Of a DNA stretch of 64,000 bases, positions 41,533 through 51,518 are shown piece by piece; within the stretch, counting starts at the first letter, position 1, and each line of letters starts with the position of its first letter. The DNA comes from an uncultured bacterium (GTDB lineage: Bacteria; Auribacterota; Erginobacteria; Erginobacterales; Erginobacteraceae). Under the pieces are notes generated by a model. It was not told the DNA's origin. It was given only the letters and a program-made list of their open reading frames with translations, and made no database searches. The translations under genes were made by a program, and so were the position numbers. The stretch is from assembly GCA_963822585.1 (NCBI GenBank), contig CAWGIE010000007.1:209647-273646 (forward strand), written 5' to 3'.

Positions 41533-42042
41533 ATGATTCTTTTTTCTTCTCGAAAGTTGGAAATAGCGATTGCTGAAGGAAAACTCCCAAGTTGGCAGAA
41601 AGCAAAATATATAATTATTCCTACAGTGCTCTCAGGACCTTTTGCATGGTCATCTTATGTGATCAGACCAATATTTGGGAAGAAGCCTCCAACACTTAAT
41701 ACTCTTATCTCAATATTTATTTCGATATTAACAATGTTTATAATTTATTATGGAATCAAATCCTGTTTTAAAGTGAATCAGAAAATTGACGATCAAAACT
41801 TCATCGAGCGATTTTGTATTCTTTTGCTTCCTGTATTATTTAAATTAATAGTAATATTTCTGCCTATTTCAATGATATTAACAGGGATTGCCTACGCTAT
41901 TACAAGACACGATCCTCTCCTATCTCAAAGAGTCCCCATATTATTCTCAGTATTCGGCCCATTGTTTATTCTCATATATTATTCACTATTAAAGCGCTCT
42001 TTTAAGAGACTTGGTGAATTAATTAAAATAGAAAGTTCCTAA
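41533..42042 (+). CDS. Cassette: membrane protein
   Basis: GAGG SD, ATG 41533; four hydrophobic segments. Confidence 0.75.
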   Translation: MILFSSRKLEIAIAEGKLPSWQKAKYIIIPTVLSGPFAWSSYVIRPIFGKKPPTLNTLISIFISILTMFIIYYGIKSCFKVNQKIDDQNFIERFCILLLPVLFKLIVIFLPISMILTGIAYAITRHDPLLSQRVPILFSVFGPLFILIYYSLLKRSFKRLGELIKIESS

Positions 42043-42165
42043 CCAGGCGCTCAAGCAGACCGGAAGGGCTATTGTTACTGTTGAACATTATATCTTCGCC
42101 GGGGTTTCTCAGGGTAGCATGGTTTTTTGATCGGTCCCTTCCGGCCGCTTAGCTCTCCGATAAGC
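42037..42165 (+). repeat. attC (long type)
   Basis: TCCTAAC...CTTAGC-TCTCC-GATAAGC. Confidence 0.88.
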
Positions 42166-42377
42166 GGCGAACGCGCCGCGGAAGAAAAAAAGAAAAGAAA
42201 GACAAAAATAAATCGGGTCGGCAAACGGTGGAATTTTTAACCCTTCGCCGCTTATCGGGGAGCTGAGCTTCGCTCTCCCGGGTGAACAGGCGGCGCTGCC
42301 GCCTATCCACCCGCTCGAGTTGTCCCGCCTGAAGGGTCCGCTCCGCGTCCCCTCACGGCGCGCAACTCAGCTCCCCG
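42159..42377 (+). mobile_element. Gene-less cassette family A, copy 3
   Basis: Near-identical to copy 1. Confidence 0.85.
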
Positions 42378-42398
42378 TTAGGCAAAAGAGAGATTCAT

Positions 42399-42857
42399 TT
42401 GACAATTGACGACACTGGAAAATGGTGGGTGGGCTCAGAGCCCGCGGATATTGAACATTATTTGGCCGCCTATATACGTTCTCAGGGTGGATACCCCCCC
42501 ATTATCTATCGCATGATTAAATGTTCTTGCGGCTCGGTATATTTCCATCTGGAGCGAGCGTCTGAAGTGACTCGGCGTATATGTAGTGTCTGTGGACAAA
42601 GTGATTTCATTTGCCGCAAAATTGAGGATTGGGAAGAGGCTGAAGAGTTGGAGGGTGTTGAAGCATATGCCTGCGTCGAGTGCGGATCGTCCGAAGCCAA
42701 CGTCATTATCGGATTCGCTCAATATGAGGACCCATCCATAGATGCTGTGAAATGGTTCTACGTGGGCATTCGCTGTACCGTCTGCGGTGTTTTAGGTTGT
42801 TTCAATGACGGCAAGGTTGGGTGGGGTCCGGCAGCCCAAGTTTACGACACAGTATAG
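42399..42857 (+). CDS. Cassette: Cys-rich (zinc-ribbon-like) protein
   Basis: CSCG, CSVCG, CVECG, CTVCG. Confidence 0.75.
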   Translation: MTIDDTGKWWVGSEPADIEHYLAAYIRSQGGYPPIIYRMIKCSCGSVYFHLERASEVTRRICSVCGQSDFICRKIEDWEEAEELEGVEAYACVECGSSEANVIIGFAQYEDPSIDAVKWFYVGIRCTVCGVLGCFNDGKVGWGPAAQVYDTV

Positions 42858-42861
42858 GAAT

Positions 42862-42930
42862 GCCTAACAAACCGCTTCACTCGACCATGGCCCGCTCTGC
42901 GGGCCCTGGCGAGTGAGCTTTTCGATAAGC
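42862..42930 (+). repeat. attC (short type)
   Basis: GCCTAAC...GTGAGC-TTTTC-GATAAGC. Confidence 0.88.
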
Positions 42931-43142
42931 GGCGAACGCGCCGCGGAAGAAAAAAAGAAAAGAAAGACAAAGATAAATCGGGTGGGCAAACGGTGGAATT
43001 TTTAACCCTTCGCCGCTTATCGGGGAGCTGAGCTTCGCTCTCCCGGGTGAACAGGCGGCGCTGCCGCCTATCCACCCGCTCGAGTTGTCCCGCCTGAAGG
43101 GTCCGCTCCGCGTCCCCTCACGGCGCGCAACTCAGCTCCCCG
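42924..43142 (+). mobile_element. Gene-less cassette family A, copy 4
   Basis: Near-identical to copy 1. Confidence 0.85.
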
Positions 43143-43165
43143 ATAGGCTCAAACGAAGAAATCCA

Positions 43166-43684
43166 ATGATTGAAAGGAATGGATATTTCAAATCGGCGCT
43201 ATATTATTCGACAAAGGTCGTATTGTTCTGCCTAATTCTATCTTATTCCGGGATAATCTATTGCAATGACAAAATAGACATTACCGCATTAAAGTACTGG
43301 AGCAACAATTCTGATTTAATTTTGGTGGGGAAGGTCTTAAAAGTAGGCCCACCACCTTTAAGGTGGAGTGGTTATATTTTAGCATCACAGAAAGTAAAAT
43401 ATCAAAAATTAGAGGTCTTGCAGGGGGAGTATCTTGAGGAACAAATTGAGGTCTACCATGATATCAATATGGCTAGTAAAGATGTTGATCTCGAAAAAGT
43501 ATGTTTATTAGAAAATATTTTTAAAGAAGGTAATATTTTAATTCTATTTTTAGAGTTCGACAAAGATTATGACCGTTATTTTCCGTCAGATGGCTCATTG
43601 ATCGCTACCCCAGAAAACATTGATCTAGTTAATTCTATAATCGCAGCGGAGTCGAATCCTGAGAAAGATATAATCCGACCATAA
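43166..43684 (+). CDS. Cassette (GAT core): exported hypothetical protein
   Basis: Bounded by GATAGGC and GCCTATC. Confidence 0.72.
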   Translation: MIERNGYFKSALYYSTKVVLFCLILSYSGIIYCNDKIDITALKYWSNNSDLILVGKVLKVGPPPLRWSGYILASQKVKYQKLEVLQGEYLEEQIEVYHDINMASKDVDLEKVCLLENIFKEGNILILFLEFDKDYDRYFPSDGSLIATPENIDLVNSIIAAESNPEKDIIRP

Positions 43685-43717
43685 TATAAATTCACCCGAC
43701 AAAAGTACGCAAGAAAA

Positions 43718-43846
43718 GCCTATCCAGTCGCTCAAGCAGACCGGAAGGGCTGGTGCAGCTATCAAACGTTTTTAACTGTGCCGAAGTTTTCCGGGGTACA
43801 TGGTTTCGTGGTCGGCCCATTCCGGCTGCTTAGCTCTACGTTAGAA
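43718..43846 (+). repeat. attC (long type, ATC core)
   Basis: GCCTATC-CAGTC-GCTCAAG...GTTAGAA. Confidence 0.85.
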
Positions 43847-43847
43847 A

Positions 43848-44204
43848 ATGAATGAGAAGATCATTCGATACATATTATCCGGAATAATTTCCGGGATTTT
43901 CTTTTTACTCGCCTTTCTTACAAAGCAAGTTTGGGTTTGCGGTTGGGGATTCATTTTCTTTCATTGGTTTATGAATCCACATAATCTAACAAAGAAAATC
44001 AAAATTCCGCGACTGCATACTAAAGATATTCCCGCTCTCATCGCGTTCCTCCTTTTCATTGTCGCCTTCATAATATTCACAGACTCAATCAAAGATTTGG
44101 AGGTTTTCAAAACTGCATCAACAAACTGGAAGGTCCTTTTATTACTGTGGTTAACACTAATGGTGTTTAAACTAAAAGTTTTTTTTCCAGAAAAAGAACA
44201 ATAA
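43848..44204 (+). CDS. Cassette: membrane protein (identical to cassette 1)
   Basis: Identical 118 aa protein. Confidence 0.8.
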   Translation: MNEKIIRYILSGIISGIFFLLAFLTKQVWVCGWGFIFFHWFMNPHNLTKKIKIPRLHTKDIPALIAFLLFIVAFIIFTDSIKDLEVFKTASTNWKVLLLLWLTLMVFKLKVFFPEKEQ

Positions 44205-44206
44205 TT

Positions 44207-44278
44207 TTCTAACCATGCGCTCCACCCGACTTTTGACCGCCATGCGGCGGCCAAAAGCGGGTGAGCTCTACGTTCGGT
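44207..44278 (+). repeat. attC (short type)
   Basis: TTCTAAC...GTTCGGT. Confidence 0.9.
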
Positions 44279-44286
44279 TTTAGAAA

Positions 44287-44649
44287 ATGAAATGCAATTG
44301 CGCTAAGCTGCCCGACGCTTTCTATCTCGACGAAGGCCCTCATAGCTTTGCTCAAGAGCTAAAGCGAGAGGATACCGGCAACTGGATCTGGCTTGGCTCG
44401 TGCCCCAAGTGCGGAGCACTTTGGGCAGTGGATGAATGGGACAAGTACCAGCACCAGGTTGTCACTCGCGTCAAATCCCGAGAAGGTTGGAAAGAAGCCA
44501 ATACGATCGATTTGCGCAAACAACTCTTACTCAAGAATCGTGGCGGTCTCACCGACGCAAAGTGCATTTGGGCCGGATGCCACGGCAAAGCCGTGGCCGG
44601 AGTTGTGTACTGTCTCGACCACCTTTGGGAAACCGGAGCAAGACGATAG
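44287..44649 (+). CDS. Cassette: Cys-rich hypothetical protein
   Basis: CNC, CPKCG, CIWAGC, CLDH. Confidence 0.75.
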   Translation: MKCNCAKLPDAFYLDEGPHSFAQELKREDTGNWIWLGSCPKCGALWAVDEWDKYQHQVVTRVKSREGWKEANTIDLRKQLLLKNRGGLTDAKCIWAGCHGKAVAGVVYCLDHLWETGARR

Positions 44650-44652
44650 AAA

Positions 44653-44781
44653 ACCGAACCAGGCGCTTAAGCAGACCGGAAGGGCTGATGCTACTATCGA
44701 ACATTTTATTTTCGCCATAGGTTTCCGGGGTAGCATGGTTTTTTAGTCGGCCCCTTCCGGCAGCTTAGCTCTCCGTTATAT
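44653..44781 (+). repeat. attC (long type)
   Basis: ACCGAAC...GTTATAT. Confidence 0.88.
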
Positions 44782-45391
44782 GAAATCAATACTACTATCA
44801 TTAGCTCTCTTTTTTTTCATAGTTTCTGCTTATTCTCAAGAAGCAACATCTACTCCAGAAGCAAAATCTACTCCAGAAGCAATATCTAACTTTTTGGATA
44901 TGGCAAAAGAAGACCCCGAGGGATATAAAGATATCCTTACTCCAGAATCTACGCGTAATACTTTCCACAAATATTTAATTGAATTATTAGATCAGGATGG
45001 AGAAATACAGGAAGGCGCTGAAAATTATAAACTATCCGCACTAGAAGTATGCTCAATGGTGCTTGCAGAGCATCACAATTTAAGCGGTCAGCCCCCAGAA
45101 AAAGTAACTATAGAGTATGGTTACCCGCAGACTATTCATAGAATCAAAGAAGAATTTACATTATTCAAATCATACATCCCTATAACAATAGATTTTGGGA
45201 CGACCAAGGATCTTAAAACAGTCAAAACGATAAATAAGGGATCTCTTGAATGCTATGAATATCCGGATTTCTATATTTGGCTCATTGTCGATAAATCAGC
45301 CGCTGAAAATAAAGATATTAAAAGAGTTCTTGCAATCAGTCCACGATCCGAGCGCTTTGATATTTATCTAAAGAAATACGCATTTCAATAA
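44780..45391 (+). CDS. Cassette: secreted hypothetical protein
   Basis: Signal peptide; short STPEA duplication. Confidence 0.75.
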   Translation: MKSILLSLALFFFIVSAYSQEATSTPEAKSTPEAISNFLDMAKEDPEGYKDILTPESTRNTFHKYLIELLDQDGEIQEGAENYKLSALEVCSMVLAEHHNLSGQPPEKVTIEYGYPQTIHRIKEEFTLFKSYIPITIDFGTTKDLKTVKTINKGSLECYEYPDFYIWLIVDKSAAENKDIKRVLAISPRSERFDIYLKKYAFQ

Positions 45392-45404
45392 TTATAAAAT
45401 TTTC

Positions 45405-45473
45405 ATATAACCAATCGCTACAGCTGACCGAAAACCGCTCTGCGGTTTTCGGCAGCTGAGCTTTTCGATAGGT
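45405..45473 (+). repeat. attC (short variant)
   Basis: ATATAAC...CTGAGC-TTTTC-GATAGGT. Confidence 0.85.
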
Positions 45474-45480
45474 TTAAAAA

Positions 45481-45945
45481 ATGAAAATTTGCCCAAAATG
45501 TAAAACTCCTGCACCGGATAATATTCAAAAATGTTGTTGTGGATATGATTTCAGCGCAATCCACAAGGACCGTATTCCAGTTGCTATACTTTGCCTCCGT
45601 ATTGCAGCAATATTATACGTTCTTATTAGTGCATACATTATTTTCCTGTCATTAACAATTGATGACTCAAAGATAATTAATGGAGTGAAATTCATATTTG
45701 TAAGTCCCACTATTGTCTTTTTAGGAATTGCGATACTTAACGAAGTTGTAGCAAGAGCTATAAAAAAAAGGAAATTCTGGGGTTGGGTAGTTGGAATAAT
45801 TTTATTCGGCTTATACATCCCATCCCCCTTTCTACCGATTGGAGGATTTGGGATGTGGGCTTTGCTCAGACCTGATTCACGAAAAGCTTTTGGCGCTGGA
45901 ACAACACAATCCGATAAGTTAGATGGAAAAGGGTTTAATACATAA
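45481..45945 (+). CDS. Cassette (GAT core): zinc-ribbon membrane protein
   Basis: CPKC...CCCGY then TM segments; bounded by GATAGGT and ACCTATC. Confidence 0.75.
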   Translation: MKICPKCKTPAPDNIQKCCCGYDFSAIHKDRIPVAILCLRIAAILYVLISAYIIFLSLTIDDSKIINGVKFIFVSPTIVFLGIAILNEVVARAIKKRKFWGWVVGIILFGLYIPSPFLPIGGFGMWALLRPDSRKAFGAGTTQSDKLDGKGFNT

Positions 45946-45946
45946 A

Positions 45947-46075
45947 ACCTATCAAGTCGCTCAAGCAGACCGGAAGGGCGGATGCAGCTATCGGACGTTT
46001 ATTTTTGGCCAGTGTTTTCCGGGGTAGAAGGGTTCTTTGGTCGGCCCCTTCCGGCAGCTTAGCTTTACGTTAGGC
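45947..46075 (+). repeat. attC (long type, ATC core)
   Basis: ACCTATC...GTTAGGC. Confidence 0.85.
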
Positions 46076-46092
46076 ATCTTTAGGAAGGCTTT

Positions 46093-46857
46093 ATGGGCGT
46101 TTGGGGCACAGGAATACTCCAAGACGACACAGTTGCAGATGTAGTTGGCTCCATCAAGGATTTGATGAAGAAGGGCCAGCCACTTGCTGCAGCCGTTGCT
46201 GAGGTTCGCAAGCAATTTGCAGAACTTGAGCAGGACCCGGATGAGGCCCCCCTTTTATGGCTTGGGATAGCTCATGCGGAATGGAAGTACGGGAAGGTTC
46301 AGGCAATTGTCCTCGATCGTATACGAAGCGATATCGCTCAAGAAAATGGGCTAGAAAGATGGAGGGAGGACCCAAAGGCACTAGCAAAACGTAAGGCATC
46401 TCTTAGAAAGTTTCTGACTCAAGTAGAGGAGCCAAACCCCAAGCTGAGTGCGCCGCCAAAACTGGTGGTTCGTAAGGCTCCCTTCCGCAAGGGAGACTGC
46501 CTATCCATATCATTGCCAGAGGGACGCTACACGGCCGCGCTCGTACTAAATGAGGACAATTCCAACCCTGAACTTGGCAGGAATCTGATTGGAAGCTTGG
46601 ATTACTGGGAAACCCAGCCGCCGGATCTCGCAGTCTTTAATGCAAGACGGTGGCTGAAGCGTACATGGGGAGCTTGGGATGGCTCACCAGAGATTCTTTG
46701 GTATCTCCCCGTTGGATTCAGAGAAGCGAGCAAACGCATATCCGTCGTCGGGAACGTCAAGCTCAAGTGGTTGGACCCGCGCAGTGCCACCCAATACGCT
46801 AGTTGGAAAGGCTTCGGAGACGGGATCTTGTATAGCGTGGGAGCGAAAGATGCCTAA
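46093..46857 (+). CDS. Cassette: hypothetical protein with DUF4259-like N-terminus
   Basis: MGVWGTGILQDD start; family assignment from memory. Confidence 0.6.
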   Translation: MGVWGTGILQDDTVADVVGSIKDLMKKGQPLAAAVAEVRKQFAELEQDPDEAPLLWLGIAHAEWKYGKVQAIVLDRIRSDIAQENGLERWREDPKALAKRKASLRKFLTQVEEPNPKLSAPPKLVVRKAPFRKGDCLSISLPEGRYTAALVLNEDNSNPELGRNLIGSLDYWETQPPDLAVFNARRWLKRTWGAWDGSPEILWYLPVGFREASKRISVVGNVKLKWLDPRSATQYASWKGFGDGILYSVGAKDA

Positions 46858-46929
46858 CAACTCGTTGCAGCCGACGTCGCCCTCGTCGCTTCGCTCCTCG
46901 TGCGCCGCGGCTGAACTCCATCGATAAGC
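46852..46929 (+). repeat. attC (singleton type)
   Basis: GCCTAAC-AACTC-GTTGCAG...CTGAAC-TCCATC-GATAAGC. Confidence 0.85.
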
Positions 46930-47113
46930 GGACCGCTCGCAAAGGCTCGCTTTCGCCTGACGGCGAATCCGCTTATCGGAGAGCTGAGCAGCAAGCTGCT
47001 CGATCAGCTGGAAAGGCTGCGCGCTTCGCGCTCCGCCTATCCAGCCGCTCGAGCAGAAATCGGCCTAATCGCCGAGCAAGCTCGGCATTAGGTCGATTCT
47101 GCTCAGCTCTCCG
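46923..47113 (+). mobile_element. Gene-less cassette family B, full copy
   Basis: GATAAGCGGA...TCCGCTTATCGGAGAGCTGAGCAG...own attC GCCTATC (47035)...CTGCTCAGCTCTCCG. Confidence 0.8.
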
Positions 47114-47129
47114 TTATGCGTAAAAGAAT

Positions 47130-47390
47130 ATGAAACAGTTCACATCACCAGACGAGCTTTGGAAATACTCATTGGCATTAGCCTCTGCGATGGTGGCAAG
47201 AGGATACGAGAAACAAGCAGCGATTTTGGAGCACAGGACAAGACTACCTTGCACGTCTGGCTGGGAATGGCTAGGCGAACTAGCAGATGGGATCAAACAA
47301 ATAAAGTCAATGGGAAAGCTCCCAAAAGACGTCGAAGATAAACTAGAAGTCATACTGGGGACAGCGAAATCTAAAGATCCCTACCGTTGA
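47130..47390 (+). CDS. Cassette: small hypothetical protein
   Basis: Fills the cassette GTTATGC..GCATAAC. Confidence 0.7.
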   Translation: MKQFTSPDELWKYSLALASAMVARGYEKQAAILEHRTRLPCTSGWEWLGELADGIKQIKSMGKLPKDVEDKLEVILGTAKSKDPYR

Positions 47391-47402
47391 TACATGCTCG
47401 GC

Positions 47403-47471
47403 GCATAACCAGCCGCTTCACTCGACCATGGCCCGCGCTGCGGGCCCTGGCGAGTGAGCTCTACGTTAGCT
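47403..47471 (+). repeat. attC (short type)
   Basis: GCATAAC...GTTAGCT. Confidence 0.9.
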
Positions 47472-47486
47472 GAGATAAGCAAAGAT

Positions 47487-47768
47487 ATGGGAATGCGTAT
47501 AATGAAGAAGTTCTCGGTCATATCCGCAAATGATGCTCAAAAGTCTCCCTATCCTTTTATCTTTGTTAATGATGACGGAACATATCGAGAACTTGAACTG
47601 CATGAGCGCGAGTATCTTGAAGAGACCTTCCACCCAGCGGATGGCAACCGGCCTTATGTGAAATCACGTTTTAACGCTTGTAACGGATGGGGACAGATAT
47701 CAGGTTTCTTGCATCGAAAGAAATTGCCCAAGAACGCCACCTTACAAAAACTGAAAAAAAGCAGCTAA
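47487..47768 (+). CDS. Cassette: small hypothetical protein
   Basis: Stop inside R'' AGCTAAC; start uncertain. Confidence 0.7.
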   Translation: MGMRIMKKFSVISANDAQKSPYPFIFVNDDGTYRELELHEREYLEETFHPADGNRPYVKSRFNACNGWGQISGFLHRKKLPKNATLQKLKKSS

Positions 47769-47891
47769 CCAGCCGCTCAAGCAGACCGGAAGGGCTAATG
47801 CTACTATCGAACATTTTTTCTTCGCCGAGGTTTTCCGGGTTAGCATGGTTTTTTAGTCGGCCCCTTCCGGCAGCTTAGCTCTACGTTAGGA
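47763..47891 (+). repeat. attC (long type)
   Basis: AGCTAAC...GTTAGGA. Confidence 0.9.
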
Positions 47892-47904
47892 AAGAGGGGT
47901 AAAA

Positions 47905-48099
47905 ATGGGAAAAGTACTTACATGTATAGGCACAGGATTAATCCTACTCTTAATTATTGTATTGCTTATATGGAATGTGGGAGGCCTACATGGTAGGGAC
48001 CTTATACTCAAATCAATCTGTTTGGCCATTCTATTTATACTAGTATATTTACTGATTATTGCGAAAAGGAAGCATCCGGAAAGAAAAGAAAAGAAATAG
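47905..48099 (+). CDS. Cassette: small 2-TM protein
   Basis: GAGG SD; two hydrophobic segments. Confidence 0.65.
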   Translation: MGKVLTCIGTGLILLLIIVLLIWNVGGLHGRDLILKSICLAILFILVYLLIIAKRKHPERKEKK

Positions 48100-48143
48100 A
48101 AACATTTTGGGAGCAACAACAACTTCAAAATTATTTAATCATT

Positions 48144-48271
48144 TCCTAACAAATCGCTCAAGCAGACCGGAAGGGCTAATGCTACTATCAAACATTTTCG
48201 TTTAACCGGAGTTTTCGGGGTAGCATGGTTTTTTGGTTGGCTCCTTCCGGCCGCTTAGCTCTACGTTCGAA
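48144..48271 (+). repeat. attC (long type)
   Basis: TCCTAAC...GTTCGAA. Confidence 0.9.
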
Positions 48272-48279
48272 TCGAGAAT

Positions 48280-48756
48280 ATGAAACTTTCGGGTAATATT
48301 ATCATCAGGCTCACCTGCGCCGATGAACACGACCTATCCGATTTGATTTGTCAATTGACAGTTCGCTCCGGACATAAAAACCCATACTACATCTTGTTTC
48401 CAAAGACAGATGCTCATGGAGAAGCTATCCTCACGCCAGACGATTTCCGTGGTCAGTTTGAGGATCATTGGGAACAGGGGCTTATGGACTATAATGGGAC
48501 CATTGAGACAGCTTCTCCGGTAGTGTCTGCTCAACTTTACGATCGCCAATGCGCCCTATCTAACGAGGCCCTCCTTCGTATTTGGCCTCTGTTAAAGAAC
48601 GAGAAGCAGAAATGGCACTCCCGAGATGAACAGTTAGATTACCTTCTCTCATGCCGTAATGATGCTTTCAAGATGACCGAACGGTCTTGGAATCTTGAGG
48701 CAGAAGCGGAGAAGACAATTGAGATTCGAGTCGCTCAAGCAGACCGGAAGGGCTAA
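48280..48756 (+). CDS. Cassette: hypothetical protein reading into a damaged attC
   Basis: C-terminal VAQADRKG is encoded by attC sequence. Confidence 0.7.
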   Translation: MKLSGNIIIRLTCADEHDLSDLICQLTVRSGHKNPYYILFPKTDAHGEAILTPDDFRGQFEDHWEQGLMDYNGTIETASPVVSAQLYDRQCALSNEALLRIWPLLKNEKQKWHSRDEQLDYLLSCRNDAFKMTERSWNLEAEAEKTIEIRVAQADRKG

Positions 48757-48850
48757 TGCTACTGTCGAACATTTTTATTTTCGCCAGAGTTTTCCGGGAT
48801 AGCAAAGTTTTTTTGCCGGCCCCTTCCGGCAGCTTAGCTCTACGTTCGGC
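48725..48850 (+). repeat. attC (long type) with deleted R'' core
   Basis: TTCGA-GTC-GCTCAAG instead of TTCGAAC-N5-GCTCAAG; right end GTTCGGC. Confidence 0.75.
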
Positions 48851-48952
48851 AACAAAAGGGTGACGATGAAGACTCAATGGACGTGGGCGGGGTTGTCGCA
48901 GGGCCATGGGGGTTCTGCAAGAGCCCCTCTAATGAGAAGAAAGGAGGCAGTG

Positions 48953-49882
48953 ATGAGGACTACAGGCAGGTTACCGATTTCTTATCTATCGACATGGGTG
49001 TTCCTTTTCTTGGTTGCAATCAACGCAGCCGGTATCGCCAGTGCTGATGTGGATTGTACGGCATACCAATCATTGCCGCCCGCTGAAGCGATTCAGCGAA
49101 TCAACGTTGAAATGAAGATTCTTCGAGAGTCGATCGCTCACCACGAGAATATGCAACAAAACAAGCTAGTGTGGTTCGGGTTTGGGCCATCACTGAAGAC
49201 CATCGACGAAGTAGTCAGAGACCTTTTGGTGAAGTATGTTGACAACAAGTATGATCTTGAGGAGTTTGAGGATAAAATCCTGGCCTTAATCAGTGCCGTA
49301 AAAATCCAGAATTTAATGATAAAAGAGCTGCACGCCGAACTGGAGAATTTGTCTCGATGCCATACAAAGATCACAAGCACGATGAATCAGGGAATAAGAC
49401 AAGAACGCATACCTGCGCTCAATGCTTTGACCCTGACGACCGAAGTGGCGGAGTCGGAGCAACTGGAGCAGGTCTCCATCGAGAAAAGCGAGAGAGAAGT
49501 TAGTTACCAGATTGATTCTCCTAAATCTAAATGCAGCTACAGCTGGTCTCTCAGCGGTGTGCCTCAGACGCTGGAGCCTAATCAAGTCTTCACTATTACA
49601 ATGAATGGGAACGCTTCAGGGAAGACTTCTTCAGCAGGCGGAAGTTTCGGTGGAGCAATCTTGGTCATCAAAGGCGGTTTGAAGCTGATGTCTGGTCCAG
49701 CGCAGAACAGGGTGCTTGTTGGAATACCACAGACGGGCCGCCCGGCCAGACCGGGTCAGGTGGCATCTAATAGTGCTCAATATCAGTTGCGACTGGAGGA
49801 CGGGAGTAAAGAGGCAACGATCGAGTTCAGGGTGGGTCACGGCAGCGGCACGAAACTCGTTGCCACCTACTCATGGCGCTGA
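48953..49882 (+). CDS. Cassette: secreted hypothetical protein
   Basis: AGGAGG SD; signal peptide ending ASA-D. Confidence 0.7.
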   Translation: MRTTGRLPISYLSTWVFLFLVAINAAGIASADVDCTAYQSLPPAEAIQRINVEMKILRESIAHHENMQQNKLVWFGFGPSLKTIDEVVRDLLVKYVDNKYDLEEFEDKILALISAVKIQNLMIKELHAELENLSRCHTKITSTMNQGIRQERIPALNALTLTTEVAESEQLEQVSIEKSEREVSYQIDSPKSKCSYSWSLSGVPQTLEPNQVFTITMNGNASGKTSSAGGSFGGAILVIKGGLKLMSGPAQNRVLVGIPQTGRPARPGQVASNSAQYQLRLEDGSKEATIEFRVGHGSGTKLVATYSWR

Positions 49883-50117
49883 TCCGTCACGTATGCCCTG
49901 TGAACGCAACCAAGAAATGGGATCATGCGACGCGATGCGGTGTCAGACTGTAATTGCGTGTTGCCCAAATCCCCGTTCGGCGGGAAGAAAGAAGGGAGAG
50001 ATTCGGGTGTACGAGTACGGGAAGACCAATCGGACCGAATCCCCTTACTCGTATTACCCAGATCTCTTGGAACGTGACGGGAAGGCAAGTAGAATAAGCG
50101 ACACGGCAAGACAGATC

Positions 50118-50174
50118 GCCGAACCAGCAGGTGCAGGCGACGCTTGAGAGCGCGCCTGACCTGCCCCGTTATCC
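50118..50174 (+). repeat. attC (57 bp singleton type)
   Basis: GCCGAAC...CAGGCG...CGCCTG...GTTATCC. Confidence 0.8.
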
Positions 50175-50258
50175 CCCAAAGATATTTAACCCAAATAATT
50201 TAGCTATAGAACTTGCATAATTTTCAGGTATGATGTATTGTAATACTGGAGGTGAGTC

Positions 50259-50501
50259 ATGAGCACAGCAAAAGTAGCCATCTCAATCGAAAAGAATATT
50301 TTGAACCAATTAGACAGGTTAGTCTCATCCCATGTTTTCCCAAACCGGAGCAAGGCCATCCAAGAAGCGGTGAAGGATAAACTCTCAAGAATAAATCGAA
50401 ATCGTCTCGCGAAAGAATGCTCAAAGCTAAACCCAAACTTTGAGCAAGCCATGGCGGAAGAAGGTCTTTCAGCGGAGATCAAACAATGGCCAGAATATTA
50501 A
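50259..50501 (+). CDS. RHH/CopG antitoxin (MazE/EndoAI-like)
   Basis: KVAISI...LD...[10 protein letters not shown]; overlaps the toxin gene. Confidence 0.85.
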   Translation: MSTAKVAISIEKNILNQLDRLVSSHVFPNRSKAIQEAVKDKLSRINRNRLAKECSKLNPNFEQAMAEEGLSAEIKQWPEY

Positions 50502-50824
50502 GGGGAGATATAATCTGGGCCGATCTAAAACCGGTCAGAGGACATGAGCAGGCCGGTATGCGCCCGGTACTCATTCTCAGTCATGACGTTTTCAATGAAC
50601 GTTCGGGAACAGTAATTGCCATGGCACTCACAAGTCAGACCCAGCGCGCAGGATTTCCTCTAACACTTCAACTCTCAAGTGCCAAGCTGCCTAAAAAGTC
50701 ATGGGTCAAGATGAGTCAGATCCGGACGCTCTCGATTCAACGCCTCGGAAAGAGAATCGGAAAAGCTTCCCCTGAGGAACTTGCTCTCATAATCGAAGGC
50801 CTAAATGAGATCATCGGGGGATAA
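50486..50824 (+). CDS. mazF: PemK/MazF toxin
   Basis: [27 protein letters not shown]. Confidence 0.9.
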   Translation: MARILRGDIIWADLKPVRGHEQAGMRPVLILSHDVFNERSGTVIAMALTSQTQRAGFPLTLQLSSAKLPKKSWVKMSQIRTLSIQRLGKRIGKASPEELALIIEGLNEIIGG

Positions 50825-50947
50825 CCTGTCTCTCAAGCAGACCGGAAGGACTGATCCAGCTATCAAACGTTTTTAGTTCACCATGGTTTTCCGGGTAAGC
50901 AATGTTTCCTAGTCTGTCCCTTCCGGTCCCTTAGCTCTACGTTGTGC
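50819..50947 (+). repeat. attC (long type)
   Basis: GGATAAC...GTTGTGC. Confidence 0.85.
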
Positions 50948-51002
50948 TGCAGAAAATAATCCTTCCCCTTTAATTAAATTATGATATATTTACAATATCA
51001 TT

Positions 51003-51296
51003 ATGAATAAACTAATATTTTCCTGGGACGAGCCTAAAAATAAGGCTAATCAGAAAAAACATGGGATCTCCTTCGAAGAGGCTCAAACAGTTTTTTTTGA
51101 TGAAAACGCTATCGAGTTCTATGATCCCGATCATTCAGAATCTGAAGATAGATTCCTTATGCTCGGCCTAAGCGTTCGCCTGAGAATTCTGGTGATTTGT
51201 CATTGCTATCGAAAAAGTGATTCTGAAATCAGGATAATCTCGGCCCGAAAAGCAACCAAGAATGAACAAGAATTTTATACCGGAGGAATCAAATGA
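51003..51296 (+). CDS. brnT: BrnT family toxin
   Basis: FSWDEPKNKANQKKHGISFEEA, EDR, IRIISARKA. Confidence 0.9.
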   Translation: MNKLIFSWDEPKNKANQKKHGISFEEAQTVFFDENAIEFYDPDHSESEDRFLMLGLSVRLRILVICHCYRKSDSEIRIISARKATKNEQEFYTGGIK

Positions 51297-51511
51297 GAAA
51301 AGAATATGACTTTTCACAACTTAAGGGCAGGAAGAATCCCTATGCCAAAAAGCTCAAAAGGCAAATTACAATTCGGATAGGAGTGGATATTATCAACTAC
51401 TTCAAAGAAATGGCTGAACAAACCGGCGTTCCCTACCAAAATCTGATCAATTTGTACCTTCGCGATTGCGTGGAACATAATCGTAAGCTGACCCTCGATC
51501 GGGCTTCCTGA
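51293..51511 (+). CDS. brnA: BrnA/CopG-like antitoxin
   Basis: EYDFS, ITIR, YFK, PYQNLIN. Confidence 0.85.
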   Translation: MRKEYDFSQLKGRKNPYAKKLKRQITIRIGVDIINYFKEMAEQTGVPYQNLINLYLRDCVEHNRKLTLDRAS

Positions 51512-51518
51512 AAGAGCA

